Shown here: positions 21,691-32,617 of the stretch, piece by piece
Layout of the letters: each line of letters begins with the position of its first letter
Numbering within the stretch: position 1 is the first letter of the stretch
Assembly: GCA_963740315.1 (NCBI GenBank)
Contig: CAVUDP010000002.1
Coordinates: 2,976,001 to 3,040,000, forward strand
Reading direction: 5' to 3'
DNA: 64,000 nucleotides
From: an uncultured cyanobacterium
Lineage (GTDB): Bacteria > Cyanobacteriota > Cyanobacteriia > Cyanobacteriales > Nostocaceae
Translations under genes and position numbers: made by a program
Notes under the pieces: generated by a model
The model's input: the letters and a program-made list of their open reading frames with translations, nothing else
Database searches by the model: none
What the model was told of the DNA's origin: nothing

Positions 21691-21936
21691 TTGAATTAAG
21701 TAAAATTCCCATACGATAGATATTTCTTGTAAAGTGTGTAACGTTAATGAACTTGAACCTCTACATATTTCGATACTGAGAAAGGCAATTTCAGAAATAA
21801 TGAAAACTTCTGTTTTGGGTTAATATCAAAGAAGCCGTCACAAAGTGCCACTCTTTAATAACAATAAAAGTAATGATGTGTTATTTTCTGTCAAATCAGG
21901 GAAAACTAATAAAAACTGATTTGAAAATTAGCCATC

Positions 21937-22539
21937 ATGCCTTATTTTGAAGATTTCAACGAAACACAAGTACGCCAAACGTATGCTGAATTATCTCAGC
22001 TTGATCTAGAAGCTATCAAGAATCGTAGAAAAACTCTAACAGAGTGGGGCTTTAAGATACGCAATACTCATTCTTTTTATTCTCGAAATCTTAATACTAG
22101 TACAAAAGAATTATTTTATTATGTTTCAAGCTTTTTAAACTATTGGAATAAAGTCTTTGAGGGTATAGGTAGTGAAATACAGCCAATTAATTTTGATGAA
22201 TTGAGGCGAGTCAGCAACTGTGCCATAAAACTTAAGAATCTAGAAGCGATTCATAAACTAATGGCTTTTGCAACTATTGAAGAAATTCAACAAATAGCTT
22301 TTGGAATTGTTAATTCTAAAGGAGAATATTGGGAATATACGTACTACTTCATGAGATGTCCGGTCTCTGATGGTGTCAGATATTATGCTAGTTCCCTTAA
22401 TGGAAGATATGTCTTATTTGCTCATACCTTTTTAGCCGCAGGTGATTATCTTGGTTTTGATCACCATATGAAAATAGTAGAATACTATGAAAATAAATTA
22501 GTGGAAAATTTTTCAACATGTACTGAGGAAATGCTATAG
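21937..22539 (+). CDS. Hypothetical protein
   Basis: 200-aa ATG ORF in AT-rich DNA; no family recognised. Confidence 0.7.
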   Translation: MPYFEDFNETQVRQTYAELSQLDLEAIKNRRKTLTEWGFKIRNTHSFYSRNLNTSTKELFYYVSSFLNYWNKVFEGIGSEIQPINFDELRRVSNCAIKLKNLEAIHKLMAFATIEEIQQIAFGIVNSKGEYWEYTYYFMRCPVSDGVRYYASSLNGRYVLFAHTFLAAGDYLGFDHHMKIVEYYENKLVENFSTCTEEML

Positions 22540-22675
22540 AAGCTCTGTATCCTCGCAGGAAAGAAAGACTTAAATTTCACTCAACACTCAAATGCCAAAT
22601 TTATTTGCTAACATCTAACAAGACTGCTATTATCTGCGGTTACAATAAAAAATTTATGATGATTTTTATACAAAC

Positions 22676-22924
22676 ATGAGTAATCAACAGCTTGAGGAAA
22701 AGCAACAACATGAATTTGATTTATGTTTAGCTAAAAGCTTGGGAATATCAATGGATGACTTATACTCCTTAGACTATAAGGTTTCACAAAATACAAGTGA
22801 TGATGGATGCTTGTATGGTTATATAGTTGAATTTGATGAAGATTCACCTAAAGAGATACTTGACAAAATTAGTGGTTTAGAAAATAACAATACTGTATAT
22901 CTAGAGGCTAATGCATTTGATTAA
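22676..22924 (+). CDS. Small acidic hypothetical protein
   Basis: 82-aa ATG ORF followed by hairpin cctagcag...ctgctagg. Confidence 0.65.
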   Translation: MSNQQLEEKQQHEFDLCLAKSLGISMDDLYSLDYKVSQNTSDDGCLYGYIVEFDEDSPKEILDKISGLENNNTVYLEANAFD

Positions 22925-23047
22925 AGTATTCAGATAATTTAATCAAAGAAATAACTCCTAGCAGTTTTATTCGCTGCTAGGTATTTCTTTTCAGGATGAA
23001 TATTACTTAAGAATCTTAATTTAAATCCTGCTGAATCTCTTCAACAA

Positions 23048-23386
23048 ATGGTTTCAGCTTATACAGAATACCTCACCATTGCAGAACAAGAAAAGACTAA
23101 ACGCCGCGATATTGAAGCTTGGGAAAAAGAAGCGATTGCTAGAATCAATGCTCAACGCGATTTAGTAATAACATACCTCGATCGCTCTTTTGATGAACGA
23201 GCCGAAAATTTTCGCGCTTTATTTGGTGTCGTTGATGATGCTCTTTTATCAGGTGATAATCAACAACTTGCTCTGGCTTTAAATTCAATTACAGAAATAG
23301 CTAAATCTAGTCCTTTTAAAGACTTGGCTAATTTAAATAACGTTCGCGCTGCGCTCAACGATCCAAACCACGTATGGGAATTTTGA
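23048..23386 (+). CDS. Conserved helical hypothetical protein, possibly N-terminally truncated
   Basis: EQEKTKRRDIEAWE...F.ER.ENF motif; frame extends upstream (LLKNLNLNPAESLQQ) without an in-frame start. Confidence 0.65.
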   Translation: MVSAYTEYLTIAEQEKTKRRDIEAWEKEAIARINAQRDLVITYLDRSFDERAENFRALFGVVDDALLSGDNQQLALALNSITEIAKSSPFKDLANLNNVRAALNDPNHVWEF

Positions 23387-23402
23387 TTTTATAAATATCA
23401 TT

Positions 23403-23590
23403 GGTGCGTGACGCTATAAGCCTTTTGATTAGGTATTAAATTCGTCGAAGCGTCACACACCCTACAAAAAATATCTACAAAAGCCCGTGCAGACGGTGAG
23501 TCTAGTTGGGGGTGTCGGTTTCCGTCCCCCAAACTAGCGAACCCGGAGGGGCTTCGTTTTTGTAGCCCCAGGTTTCTAACCTGCGGGCAA
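23403..23590. repeat. Cluster of REP-like palindromes
   Basis: ggtgcgtgacgct...agcgtcacacacc, ctagttggggg...ccccc-aactag and aagccc...gggctt nests. Confidence 0.55.
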
Positions 23591-23625
23591 TTTTTATGTC
23601 CTTGCGATCGCTAACTAAAATATCT

Positions 23626-23712
23626 ATAGAACGTCAAGAAGCGGAAAATAGAGCGCAAATGCTGGCAGAAAGGTTAAAAGCTTTGGGTGTAGATCCAGAT
23701 AGTTTGGGTTAA
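23626..23712 (+). pseudogene. C-terminal remnant of a Uma2-family endonuclease-type gene
   Basis: Translates to IERQEAENRAQMLAERLKALGVDPDSLG*, the typical cyanobacterial Uma2 tail; no start codon. Confidence 0.7.
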
Positions 23713-23829
23713 AAGTAAAACGATCCAATATTGTAAAATACACTGATTAAAGCGTAACATTGTGTACTAGTAAATTTATAGAGTAAATTATTTGCTTTAT
23801 TCTGTAAGAGTTTGTTGTTGGCAATTTCT

Positions 23830-24303
23830 ATGAATTTACTGAAGAATAAGTTTCAAGTCGGCATTGTAGTTCTAAGCATTATCGGAAATTTAGCATTTTT
23901 ACCTAGCGCTGAGGGTAGTGCAAATAGTAATCTTGGAGTCACAGTTAAAGGACTTAAAAATCAAAAAGGACAAGTTTGTTTTAGTCTTTTTTCTAGCAGT
24001 CGCGGTTTTCCCAGCAATGATAAACGTGCTGTAAAAGCACAATGCGTCAAGCTTGGAGATAGCAATGTAAAATTGAATATTCCTTCTTTAAAAGCCGGAA
24101 CTTATGCGATCGCCATGTTTCACGATAGCAATGGCGATGGCAAACTTAATACCAGCGCTTTCGGTATTCCTAAAGAAGGTTTCGGATTTTCTCGAAATCC
24201 TCGAATTCTTACTGGTCCCCCTAAGTTTGGCGATTCCGCTGTTTTTGTAGTTGGTTCGAGTACTAATATTCAAATTGATATGAATTACTTTTTTGGTGGT
24301 TAA
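23830..24303 (+). CDS. DUF2141-domain secreted protein
   Basis: Signal peptide; YAIAMFHDSNGDGKL...GIPKEGFGFSRNP. Confidence 0.9.
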   Translation: MNLLKNKFQVGIVVLSIIGNLAFLPSAEGSANSNLGVTVKGLKNQKGQVCFSLFSSSRGFPSNDKRAVKAQCVKLGDSNVKLNIPSLKAGTYAIAMFHDSNGDGKLNTSAFGIPKEGFGFSRNPRILTGPPKFGDSAVFVVGSSTNIQIDMNYFFGG

Positions 24304-24396
24304 TACGGCTTTTTTTGTTGTGGATATGACAGGCTGTTTTATTAATTAAACGGTATTGTTCGCAGCATTGTATTTTACATAAACTGTGGGAGGGAG

Positions 24397-24425
24397 GAGA
24401 CGTAGCAGTGCTACGTCTCTACATT
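24397..24425. repeat. REP-like palindrome, identical copy at 25315-25343
   Basis: GAGACGTAGCAGTGCTACGTCTCTACATT; relatives near 33906, 50273 and 54074. Confidence 0.8.
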
Positions 24426-24605
24426 ATTTATGGGTTATTTAAACAGATATAAATACATTAGTACTATAATGTTTTTAGGTGAAGATAGCTTAGCCATTAA
24501 ATTCGCTTTGAATGATGATTTGGCTGTTGTTGGGGGAAGTATATGTATAGAGCCGTTGATGGCGGATTGTAAAAATCATTAATTAGTAAAAGCATTTACG
24601 GAAAT

Positions 24606-25286
24606 ATGGATATTAAATTGGGCTTTGGATCGATTCCGAGATTGCAGTATATCTTTGTGAGTAGAGAAAATGATTCCTGCTGGTATACGCTTTCTGAAGA
24701 AAATAAACAGATTCCCATTTACGATAAAGCTTTGACTGGGATAATAACTGGAATCGAAGTTAATAAAAAAGTTGAAACTTCGTTTGGAGAAACTGAAAAA
24801 ACCGATTTACATATTCTCGCAGATAAGCCTTATGTTGTGCGATCGGGTAGCGATTCTTACTTTTCCAAAAGTTTGTTACTATCTTTGGATAATCTGAGTT
24901 CTGAAGAATTACAGCATCCATTGACGATCGCGGTTGAACCTGGAGATAAAAAAGTTGTCTTTTGTAAGGTTTACAATCCAATGACTTTCAGAAGTATAGG
25001 TGTTAGTTGGGATGGATATAAAGAAATTAACTGGCAAGTTTTAGGAGAAAGTTTAGCTTTAAAAGTTAGTCGGAAAACACAACAAGATGCTGAATTAACA
25101 ACCGCACAATTGGGCGAAGATTTGATTGCTTTGTCCGATAAATATTTAAGACAATTAAATTGGACGACGGAACAGGGAAGAGAGTATTTGCAGCAAAGAT
25201 ATCATAAACGCTCGCGGACACTATTAACTGATGCAGAGCTTTTGGATTTCATTGAATATTTGAAGTTGCAACCGCAGCGGATTTAA
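24606..25286 (+). CDS. Hypothetical protein with cyanobacterial W-x-x-EQGREYL...KRSR..LTD.EL tail domain
   Basis: 226-aa ORF; recognisable C-terminal helical motif. Confidence 0.75.
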   Translation: MDIKLGFGSIPRLQYIFVSRENDSCWYTLSEENKQIPIYDKALTGIITGIEVNKKVETSFGETEKTDLHILADKPYVVRSGSDSYFSKSLLLSLDNLSSEELQHPLTIAVEPGDKKVVFCKVYNPMTFRSIGVSWDGYKEINWQVLGESLALKVSRKTQQDAELTTAQLGEDLIALSDKYLRQLNWTTEQGREYLQQRYHKRSRTLLTDAELLDFIEYLKLQPQRI

Positions 25287-25344
25287 TTATATTTTATTTG
25301 ATATGACATTGTTTGAGACGTAGCAGTGCTACGTCTCTACATTT

Positions 25345-26841
25345 TTAAGGTACCCGACAGAATTTTCGGTCATTATCGTCTTTGGGATTTTGCCAAGAGT
25401 AAGCGAAATGGCTGACTCCTTTAAGAGATGACTTGTATTGACTCAAATCTTGCATCTGTTTTTCTAAGGATGGACGATTGCTCACGGATTTCCCCCAAGC
25501 ACCAGCTAAGGCTGGAATTACCTGGGTTCCCGGTTTAGCGGTGTTTAATACTCGCCCTACTTGAGAAACAATACACCGGGTATTACCGCATTTTCCGTAA
25601 GCCATTGGATGCCATTCTAATGAGTTAGGAAATCTATCCCAAGGCTGTAAGCGAGAATCGTAACCTCTTCCTACTGTTTTATTGCCACCGGGGAAAAATA
25701 CTACTCCTGCGGGAATTCCTTGCTGCTGTGCTGGGTAAGCTGCGAGTGCTAAAAAATCGACAATACCCTGCATGGCATGAGCAACGGAAAGTTGCCATAA
25801 TTCTGATTGCAGTTGAGGTTGTCTTTGTTCGGGGGAACTGATCGCCTTTTGCTGTATGGGTGGGGTGCGCCCTTGCCATAAAGGTTCCCCTTCTTGAGGA
25901 TACTGTTTGTCAAGTTGAGCTATATCTGATGATGTGACGTATCCTTTGCTCAAGAATAGCCGAATCATTTGCAATCCTTTGTTATTCAGCGCTCGTTGAA
26001 ATAAAGCTTGTTGAGTAGATTTGCTGTACAACCATAAATCTGTAACTCTGCTGGCGATCGAATCTTTACCTGCTTGACGAGGATAGCGCACGTAGTCAAA
26101 TAGTACCCCATCCGGACGACGGCGCATTACCTCCGTCATCATTTGATAAAAGTCGCGCTTTGCCTGTAAATTATAAGGATCGACAAATACTTGAGAACCG
26201 TTATCTACTACATATAAGCTAGTTTGACCTTTGCCATTGCGGGCGATCGCCTCTTCTTTATCTTTACGTTTGGCATAGGTATAGCCGAAATTAGTGGTAA
26301 ACATCCAGGAATAGGTTTTTAATCCCCGTTCGCGCCCTTTTTGAATAGATTGCGCCAATAAATCGGTATTTTCTTCACCTTTAGTCCGAATTACAGAGGG
26401 CCATGTTGTAGAATTCGAGTTGACTGGTAACAGTACTCGCCCATCATAAAACGTTTCTACATAAACTTGGTTGTAGCCTTTGTTGACAATATTATCCATA
26501 ATCCTGTCAAGTGCCCCCGTCTTAACGTCGCAAGGATACAAGCGCAACCAGATTGCTTGAACTTGGGGCCACGTGCGTCTGCGACAGTCTTGTACTGCAA
26601 GCGAGTGCTGTCTCACTATTTGCTGGTAACGGTTTGCTGCCTCGCGATCGCCTTTTTGTGCCGATACGCGCAAATTTTCTTTTTGTTCGACGGCATCAGA
26701 TGATATATGGCAATACTTGGTTACTTGTGCGTTTGCTGGTTGATTAAGGTTAGGAACAAGCAGACTAGTACCAAAAATTACTGCTAACAGATGTCGTAAA
26801 AATAACTTTGGTTTTGCAACATTCAAGGCACGCTTAGACAT
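25345..26841 (-). CDS. Glycosyl hydrolase-like 10 (GHL10) family secreted protein
   Basis: AIWL, GYNQVYVETFYDG, DGVLFDYVRYP; signal peptide. Confidence 0.85.
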   Translation of the reverse strand: MSKRALNVAKPKLFLRHLLAVIFGTSLLVPNLNQPANAQVTKYCHISSDAVEQKENLRVSAQKGDREAANRYQQIVRQHSLAVQDCRRRTWPQVQAIWLRLYPCDVKTGALDRIMDNIVNKGYNQVYVETFYDGRVLLPVNSNSTTWPSVIRTKGEENTDLLAQSIQKGRERGLKTYSWMFTTNFGYTYAKRKDKEEAIARNGKGQTSLYVVDNGSQVFVDPYNLQAKRDFYQMMTEVMRRRPDGVLFDYVRYPRQAGKDSIASRVTDLWLYSKSTQQALFQRALNNKGLQMIRLFLSKGYVTSSDIAQLDKQYPQEGEPLWQGRTPPIQQKAISSPEQRQPQLQSELWQLSVAHAMQGIVDFLALAAYPAQQQGIPAGVVFFPGGNKTVGRGYDSRLQPWDRFPNSLEWHPMAYGKCGNTRCIVSQVGRVLNTAKPGTQVIPALAGAWGKSVSNRPSLEKQMQDLSQYKSSLKGVSHFAYSWQNPKDDNDRKFCRVP

Positions 26842-27404
26842 ATTCACTAATAAAATTAAAAAAAGTAACCAATCCCAATACGCTTCTATTAGGTAACGTG
26901 TATTTTATTACATAATTTAGCAATAAGAGCTTTGAAGGCTATATTTTACAGACTTCTTATCACCTATTTCTGTTGCCGCATATGATTATTCGATTTTTAC
27001 CAAAATGTCAACGGCGACAACTTTTAGCAATTATATGTTTGTTTTATTGCTTGTAAACAAATCCGTAGCATCCACAAGTAGCTATGATACTTTGATTTTT
27101 TGGCAATTAAACCAGCTTGATTATTTTTTAGCCAATTAATATTTACTTTTAAACGGAACAGTATTAGAACTGATAATTTATAAAATATTTTGTCAACGAT
27201 AGAATTTTTTGGATGCTTCCTTTCTACCGTGCTTTACTGCAATTATTTATCTAACTTAGGCACAATTTGATTGTGAGAATTTTTATAGCAAATAAAGATT
27301 AATTGATAATAAATCAGAAATAATAAAAAATTAACAATTTGTTACGGTTAGTAGTTGTTTTTTAGACTTTTAACTACTAACCGCGTAATAGATGGATAGA
27401 GCAA

Positions 27405-27803
27405 CTAAGCACCACGCCTGAGCGCTGCTTCTACTTGCTTGAATTCTTTTTCCAAACGATTTTTCAGCTTTTCAGGTACGGGACGATTTGGATAGGAACT
27501 ATAGTGTCCTGCTAGGGAGTTAAGAGCAGTTCGCATAGTCGTAAAAGAACCTAAAGCAGCTACAGAGCTATTGCGTTGATAGCGAGCTGCAAACTCATTA
27601 ATCTTTTTACGCGCTTCTGCTTGAACTGCTGCTTTATCTGCTGCATCATCAGGTGAATCCAAAGCCGATCTCAACACGCTAACTATATTTAGGGTGTCTT
27701 GCTGATAATCCCCAGTTAATTGATCCCGATTACCGGAACATCCAGTCAAACCAATGACTACAACCAAAACTAGGGCAAGTAAATGTGACCAATAGCGCTT
27801 CAT
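27405..27803 (-). CDS. psb27: Photosystem II assembly lipoprotein Psb27
   Basis: Lipobox LTGC; SFTTMRTALNSLAGHY, RPVPEKLK. Confidence 0.95.
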   Translation of the reverse strand: MKRYWSHLLALVLVVVIGLTGCSGNRDQLTGDYQQDTLNIVSVLRSALDSPDDAADKAAVQAEARKKINEFAARYQRNSSVAALGSFTTMRTALNSLAGHYSSYPNRPVPEKLKNRLEKEFKQVEAALRRGA

Positions 27804-27890
27804 ATCTTTTTGTGAATAAATACTCAAATCAACGTCTATCCTATCCTGTATTTGTATCGTGGGGATCGTTTCTTGAAGAAGCATGAAGAA

Positions 27891-28022
27891 GGGAATTGGG
27901 AATTGGGCATAGAAGAGAGCGGAGGAAGCCGAGGGAGCCGAGGAAGAAAATAAGAAAATTAATTACTTCCTCTCCCCATCTCCCCCGAACCCCATCTCCC
28001 CCGAACCCCATCCCCCATCCCC
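27891..28022. repeat. STRR-type short tandem repeats
   Basis: gggaatt and ccccat(c) tracts; similar tracts at 29300-29335, 30648-30682, 33200-33250, 33528-33563. Confidence 0.75.
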
Positions 28023-28023
28023 T

Positions 28024-29166
28024 TCAAACCTTCTCATAAAGCGTATTTCTTTGCTGATATGGTCTTCCTAGATTCGCGATCGTAGCTTGGAGAGTTTCTA
28101 CTTCCATGCAGGTACCGCCGATCGCACCTGCCATTGTGGTAATATGCTCCTCCATCAAGGTACCGCCAATATCGTTGCAACCGCAGGTTAAAGCCTTGGC
28201 TGCTCCTTCAATTCCCAGTTTTACCCAACTAGGTTGATGGTTCGGTATCCAATTTCCTAAATAAATGCGGGCTACAGCAGTAATCAAAAGTGATGAATCT
28301 AACTCCGGCTGGTCGCGTCCAACACGACGGCGTAAGGGTTTTGGCGCTTCTTGACCGACAAATGGTAATAAAATAAACTCGGTTATCCGAGCAGAATAAG
28401 CTTTGTTAACGGCAGTTTTTTGCAGCGATCGCAATTTTTCAAAATGTCCGATTTGCTGTTCTGGGGTTTCGATATGTCCCGACAACATGGTGCTGGTGGT
28501 GGGTAAACCTAATTGATGGGCGGTACCGACAATTTCTAACCAAGTTGCAGCGTTGGTTTTTTCGGGACAAAGAATACGCCTGACTTCATCATCTAAGACT
28601 TCTGCTGCTGTTCCGGGCATGGAACCCACGCCAGATGATTGTAAGGCGGCTATGACTTGTGCATAACTTAGTCCGTCAAGTTTGGCGATGAATTGCACTT
28701 CCTGGGGAGAAAAAGCATGAAGATGGAGGTGGGGAAATTCTTGTTTGATAGTTTCTACCAACTTCAGATAGTAAGTTAAAGATTTACCATCTATTTTTGC
28801 TTCGGGGTTTAATCCGCCTTGCATACAGATTTCCGTGGCACCCCGCTTGACTGCATCCGTAGTTTTTTCTAAAATTTGCCCCCAATCCAACCAGAAAGCA
28901 TCCGTATCGCCATCATCTCTTCGGAATGCACAGAAACTACAGTGTTGCTCGCATATGTTAGTAAAATTAATATTTCGGTTGATTATATAGGTGACAGTAT
29001 CCCCCGCTTGTTCTCGTCGTAGTTTATCGGCTGCTGTATAAATAGCGGCGATCGCGCTCGGTTCGGTTTGTTTTAATAATGTAATTCCTTCTTCGTTCGT
29101 TAAATCATCACCTTGGCAGGCACGCTCAAGAATTGCATCAACTGGATTTTTCGTAAGATTTTTCAT
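28024..29166 (-). CDS. cofH: FO synthase subunit CofH
   Basis: [40 protein letters not shown]. Confidence 0.92.
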   Translation of the reverse strand: MKNLTKNPVDAILERACQGDDLTNEEGITLLKQTEPSAIAAIYTAADKLRREQAGDTVTYIINRNINFTNICEQHCSFCAFRRDDGDTDAFWLDWGQILEKTTDAVKRGATEICMQGGLNPEAKIDGKSLTYYLKLVETIKQEFPHLHLHAFSPQEVQFIAKLDGLSYAQVIAALQSSGVGSMPGTAAEVLDDEVRRILCPEKTNAATWLEIVGTAHQLGLPTTSTMLSGHIETPEQQIGHFEKLRSLQKTAVNKAYSARITEFILLPFVGQEAPKPLRRRVGRDQPELDSSLLITAVARIYLGNWIPNHQPSWVKLGIEGAAKALTCGCNDIGGTLMEEHITTMAGAIGGTCMEVETLQATIANLGRPYQQRNTLYEKV

Positions 29167-29410
29167 AGAAGTTTATCTAAAAAGACTATTCTTCAAAAAC
29201 TAAGGCACATCTTCTATTTTTACAGGTCATTTAATGTAATACAAATGACAAAACTAAATTAATTAAAATAACTATTAGGGAAAGGACTTAATAATTTTTT
29301 ACCTTTGACTTTTAACCTTTGACCTTTAACCTTTTAAAAATACCTATTCTCAAAAAGCTAATTTCGAGCATAATTACTAGAAGCACTTAGTCTAAAATAT
29401 TCTTTTCTTC

Positions 29411-30643
29411 ATGAGTATCATCCAACCGAAGAAGCTTTTATCGGTGCCAAGCGGTTCTTTACGGATTCCCGGATTGCCACCGATCGCTGTTGGGAATCAA
29501 AGCATTTTGTTTTCATTGATTATTCCTACTTACCTTGAAGCCGGTAATATCAATAAAATCGTTAGAACATTAAGTAGCTTGCTCGATGAAAGCATACCCG
29601 GAGATTACGAACTAATTATCGTTGATGATAATAGCCCGGATGGTACTTGGGAAGTTGCCTTGTCTATGATGTCAGAATTTCCGCAGTTGCGAGTGATGCG
29701 GCGCGAAAAAGAACGGGGACTTTCTTCGGCAGTAATTCGTGGATGGCAAAATGCTAGAGGACGAATATTAGCTGTAATTGATGGAGATTTGCAGCATCCA
29801 CCCCACATACTGTTGCAACTGATAAGTGCTATTGAAAAAGGAACAGACTTAGCGGTTGCTAGTCGTCATGTTGAAGGTGGCGGGGTAAGTAGCTGGAGTT
29901 TTATTCGGCGTTTGTTATCCCGTGGCGCTCAGATGCTGGGGTTACTAATTTTACCACGAGTTACGGGTAGAGTTTCCGATCCGATGAGCGGTTATTTTAT
30001 GGTGCGTCGTAGCTGCGTAGAAGATATAACTTTTAATCCCATTGGCTATAAAATTCTGTTAGAAGTTTTAGGAAGAGGAAGAATAAACCAAATCGCTGAA
30101 GTGGGTTATGTATTTTGCGAACGTCAAGATGGAGAAAGCAAAGTGAGTTGGAAGCATTATGTTGACTATATTCGTCACTTACTTAGGTTGCGTTTTTCCT
30201 CGGATGTAGAATTGAGCCAGCGTTGGGGTTTTCCCATCGGCAAATTCATTCGCTTCGGTTTGGTGGGTTTAAGTGGAGTATTCGTAGATATGACAATACT
30301 TTATTTACTTAGCGATCCGAATACTTTAGCTTTGCCTTTAACTCGCAGTAAAATTATTGCAGGAGAAATAGCTATTTGTAATAATTTCTTGTGGAATGAC
30401 GCTTGGACTTTTGCCGAAGTAGCGATGCAGCAAAAAGGATGGCGACAGCGGTTGAAGCGATTCTTGAAATTTAATATTATTTGTTTGGCAGGATTGGTAA
30501 TCAATGTGTTGGTGTTGAATTTAGTATTTAATTTTGTAATTTCCAATCGTTACATCGCTAATTTAATTGCCATTGCTGTGGCTACCGTATGGAATTTTTG
30601 GGTAAATCTTAAGCTAAGTTGGCGGGTAACGCAGGTAAAGTAA
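29411..30643 (+). CDS. GT2 polyprenol-phosphate glycosyltransferase fused to GtrA flippase domain
   Basis: IIPTY, VDDNSPDGT, IDGDLQHPP, SDPMSGYF; C-terminal RFGLVG...NNFLWN..WTF. Confidence 0.92.
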   Translation: MSIIQPKKLLSVPSGSLRIPGLPPIAVGNQSILFSLIIPTYLEAGNINKIVRTLSSLLDESIPGDYELIIVDDNSPDGTWEVALSMMSEFPQLRVMRREKERGLSSAVIRGWQNARGRILAVIDGDLQHPPHILLQLISAIEKGTDLAVASRHVEGGGVSSWSFIRRLLSRGAQMLGLLILPRVTGRVSDPMSGYFMVRRSCVEDITFNPIGYKILLEVLGRGRINQIAEVGYVFCERQDGESKVSWKHYVDYIRHLLRLRFSSDVELSQRWGFPIGKFIRFGLVGLSGVFVDMTILYLLSDPNTLALPLTRSKIIAGEIAICNNFLWNDAWTFAEVAMQQKGWRQRLKRFLKFNIICLAGLVINVLVLNLVFNFVISNRYIANLIAIAVATVWNFWVNLKLSWRVTQVK

Positions 30644-30735
30644 ATAAATAGGGAATAGGGAATAGGAAATTGGGAATTGGGAGTAGAAAATACAACAATG
30701 ATTTCTTTAAAAAAAAAAGAATTTTCATTCAGGTA

Positions 30736-32397
30736 ATGCTTTTACTGATATGGATATCAGTTGGTACCGTTTTACGCTTCACCAATTTGACTAGTAAACC
30801 TCTTTGGATTGATGAATTTGCGACAATAATTTTTAGCTTGGGCAATAGTTTTCAAACAGTACCGTTAAATCAAGTTATAAGTATTGATGTTTTATTGCAG
30901 CCCCTACAAATTAGTCCAAATTTTGGTGTCAAAGATGTAGTGCAAAGAATACTCACCGAAGATATTCATCCGCCGCTTTATTTTGTCTTGTCCCATTGGT
31001 GGATATTATGGTCAAAACAAGATTTAATATTTGCAGCACGTAGTATTAGTGCGATATTTGGTATTGCTTCGATTCCATCAGTTTATGGGTTAGCATGGCT
31101 GAGTTTTCGTTCTTCTTTAATAGCTCAGCTAGCTGCTGCATTTATGGCGGTGTCTCCCTACGGCATTTTTTTATCTCAAGAAGCCCGTCATTACACTTTA
31201 GGAACTCTATGGGTAATTGCTTCGCTGTGTTGTTTGGTTGTTGCAGTGCGCCGCATTCAACAGCAACAGCCTTTACCAATTGTTTTTGCCGTCTTTTGGT
31301 TTATTGTTAACGCATTGGGAATCTCAACTCATTACTTTTTCAGTCTTATTCTTTGTGGTGAAGCCATAGTTTTGATGAAATATTGGCTTAACCCCAAATC
31401 TAAAATTACAAACTTAAAATTGTGGTGGACTATTTACGCCGCAGTTATCGGTACAATCGGTACTGGTTTATTTTGGTTAAATTTATTTTTATATAATCGT
31501 AATACCGGAAAATTAACCCAGTGGATAAAAAATAGCGATCGCAGTTTTTTAGATTTCTTCAACCCAATATTTCAAGCAATAGCAGGCTGGATTACAATGA
31601 TTTCTTTGCTGCCAGTTGAATCATCGCAGCTTGCAGTGGTAATTGCTTCTGGATTTGCAATGTTAATTTATTTTATCTGGGCAATACCAATTTTATTTCG
31701 TAATTTTAAAATTCAGTATTCATCACCTCAAAATCATCTGATGACTCAGACATTTACTGGTGTTCTGTTGTCGGTAATTGCCTTATTTTTTATTATTACT
31801 TATTTCTTTGGCATTGATATTACTAGAGGCGCTCGCTACAACTTTGTTTATTTTCCTGTTGTAATACTACTTGTGGGAGTAATTCTTGCTGCTTGCTGGC
31901 ATCAAAATACCTTTACTAGTCCAGCTTTTTCTCAATTGAAAACTAATGGTAAAACTGCTGTAACTCTAATGTGGGTGATGGGATTATTGAGTGGAATTAC
32001 AGTTATATCTAATCTTGGTTATCAAAAATACTATCAACCAGACTTACTAATTCCCATTATCGAAAATATATCTAAAACTAAACCCGTTTTAATTGCTACA
32101 ACTCATCGCAGCTTGTCGCAAACTGGAGAAATCATGGGTATAGCCGCACAAATAAAAATTAGCAATTCGCCCATCGATGCTCGATTTTTACTTATCCCTG
32201 AAGATCAAAAATCCGACAGTGCCACAAAAAAATTAATTGAAGAAATAAAAATATTACCACCTCCTTTCGACTTGTGGTTAACAAACTTCCATACATTTCA
32301 AAACAGTTCCTTAACCGCCTTACCATCCTGTACTGCTGATACTCAAGCTTTACCGGGAGTCGATGGATATGATTACAAAATTTATCATTGCAAATAA
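30736..32397 (+). CDS. GT-C fold (family 39/PMT-like) membrane glycosyltransferase; start uncertain
   Basis: LRF...LWIDE, HPPLYF, SQEARHY, THYF; many TM helices. Confidence 0.88.
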   Translation: MLLLIWISVGTVLRFTNLTSKPLWIDEFATIIFSLGNSFQTVPLNQVISIDVLLQPLQISPNFGVKDVVQRILTEDIHPPLYFVLSHWWILWSKQDLIFAARSISAIFGIASIPSVYGLAWLSFRSSLIAQLAAAFMAVSPYGIFLSQEARHYTLGTLWVIASLCCLVVAVRRIQQQQPLPIVFAVFWFIVNALGISTHYFFSLILCGEAIVLMKYWLNPKSKITNLKLWWTIYAAVIGTIGTGLFWLNLFLYNRNTGKLTQWIKNSDRSFLDFFNPIFQAIAGWITMISLLPVESSQLAVVIASGFAMLIYFIWAIPILFRNFKIQYSSPQNHLMTQTFTGVLLSVIALFFIITYFFGIDITRGARYNFVYFPVVILLVGVILAACWHQNTFTSPAFSQLKTNGKTAVTLMWVMGLLSGITVISNLGYQKYYQPDLLIPIIENISKTKPVLIATTHRSLSQTGEIMGIAAQIKISNSPIDARFLLIPEDQKSDSATKKLIEEIKILPPPFDLWLTNFHTFQNSSLTALPSCTADTQALPGVDGYDYKIYHCK

Positions 32398-32448
32398 AAC
32401 TAGTAGCTAGTACCCCACGGCTTAGATAGCGAAGCTATTAAAATGGTC

Positions 32449-32598
32449 AGAAGTCGGGTTTTTAGAATACGTATCTATAATACACTTACCTTCTTTGATC
32501 AAAACCCGACTTCTCAACCGTCTTCTGTGGTTTAGAAGTCGGGTTTTTAGAATAGGGATCTGTAATATATTTATAAATTTGATAAAAACCCGACTTCT
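32449..32598. repeat. Two tandem ~65-bp inverted-repeat modules
   Basis: AGAAGTCGGGTTTTTAGA...AAAACCCGACTTCT twice; third copy at 19787-19852. Confidence 0.8.
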
Positions 32599-32617
32599 CA
32601 ATCGGAGCCTCGCGTCT

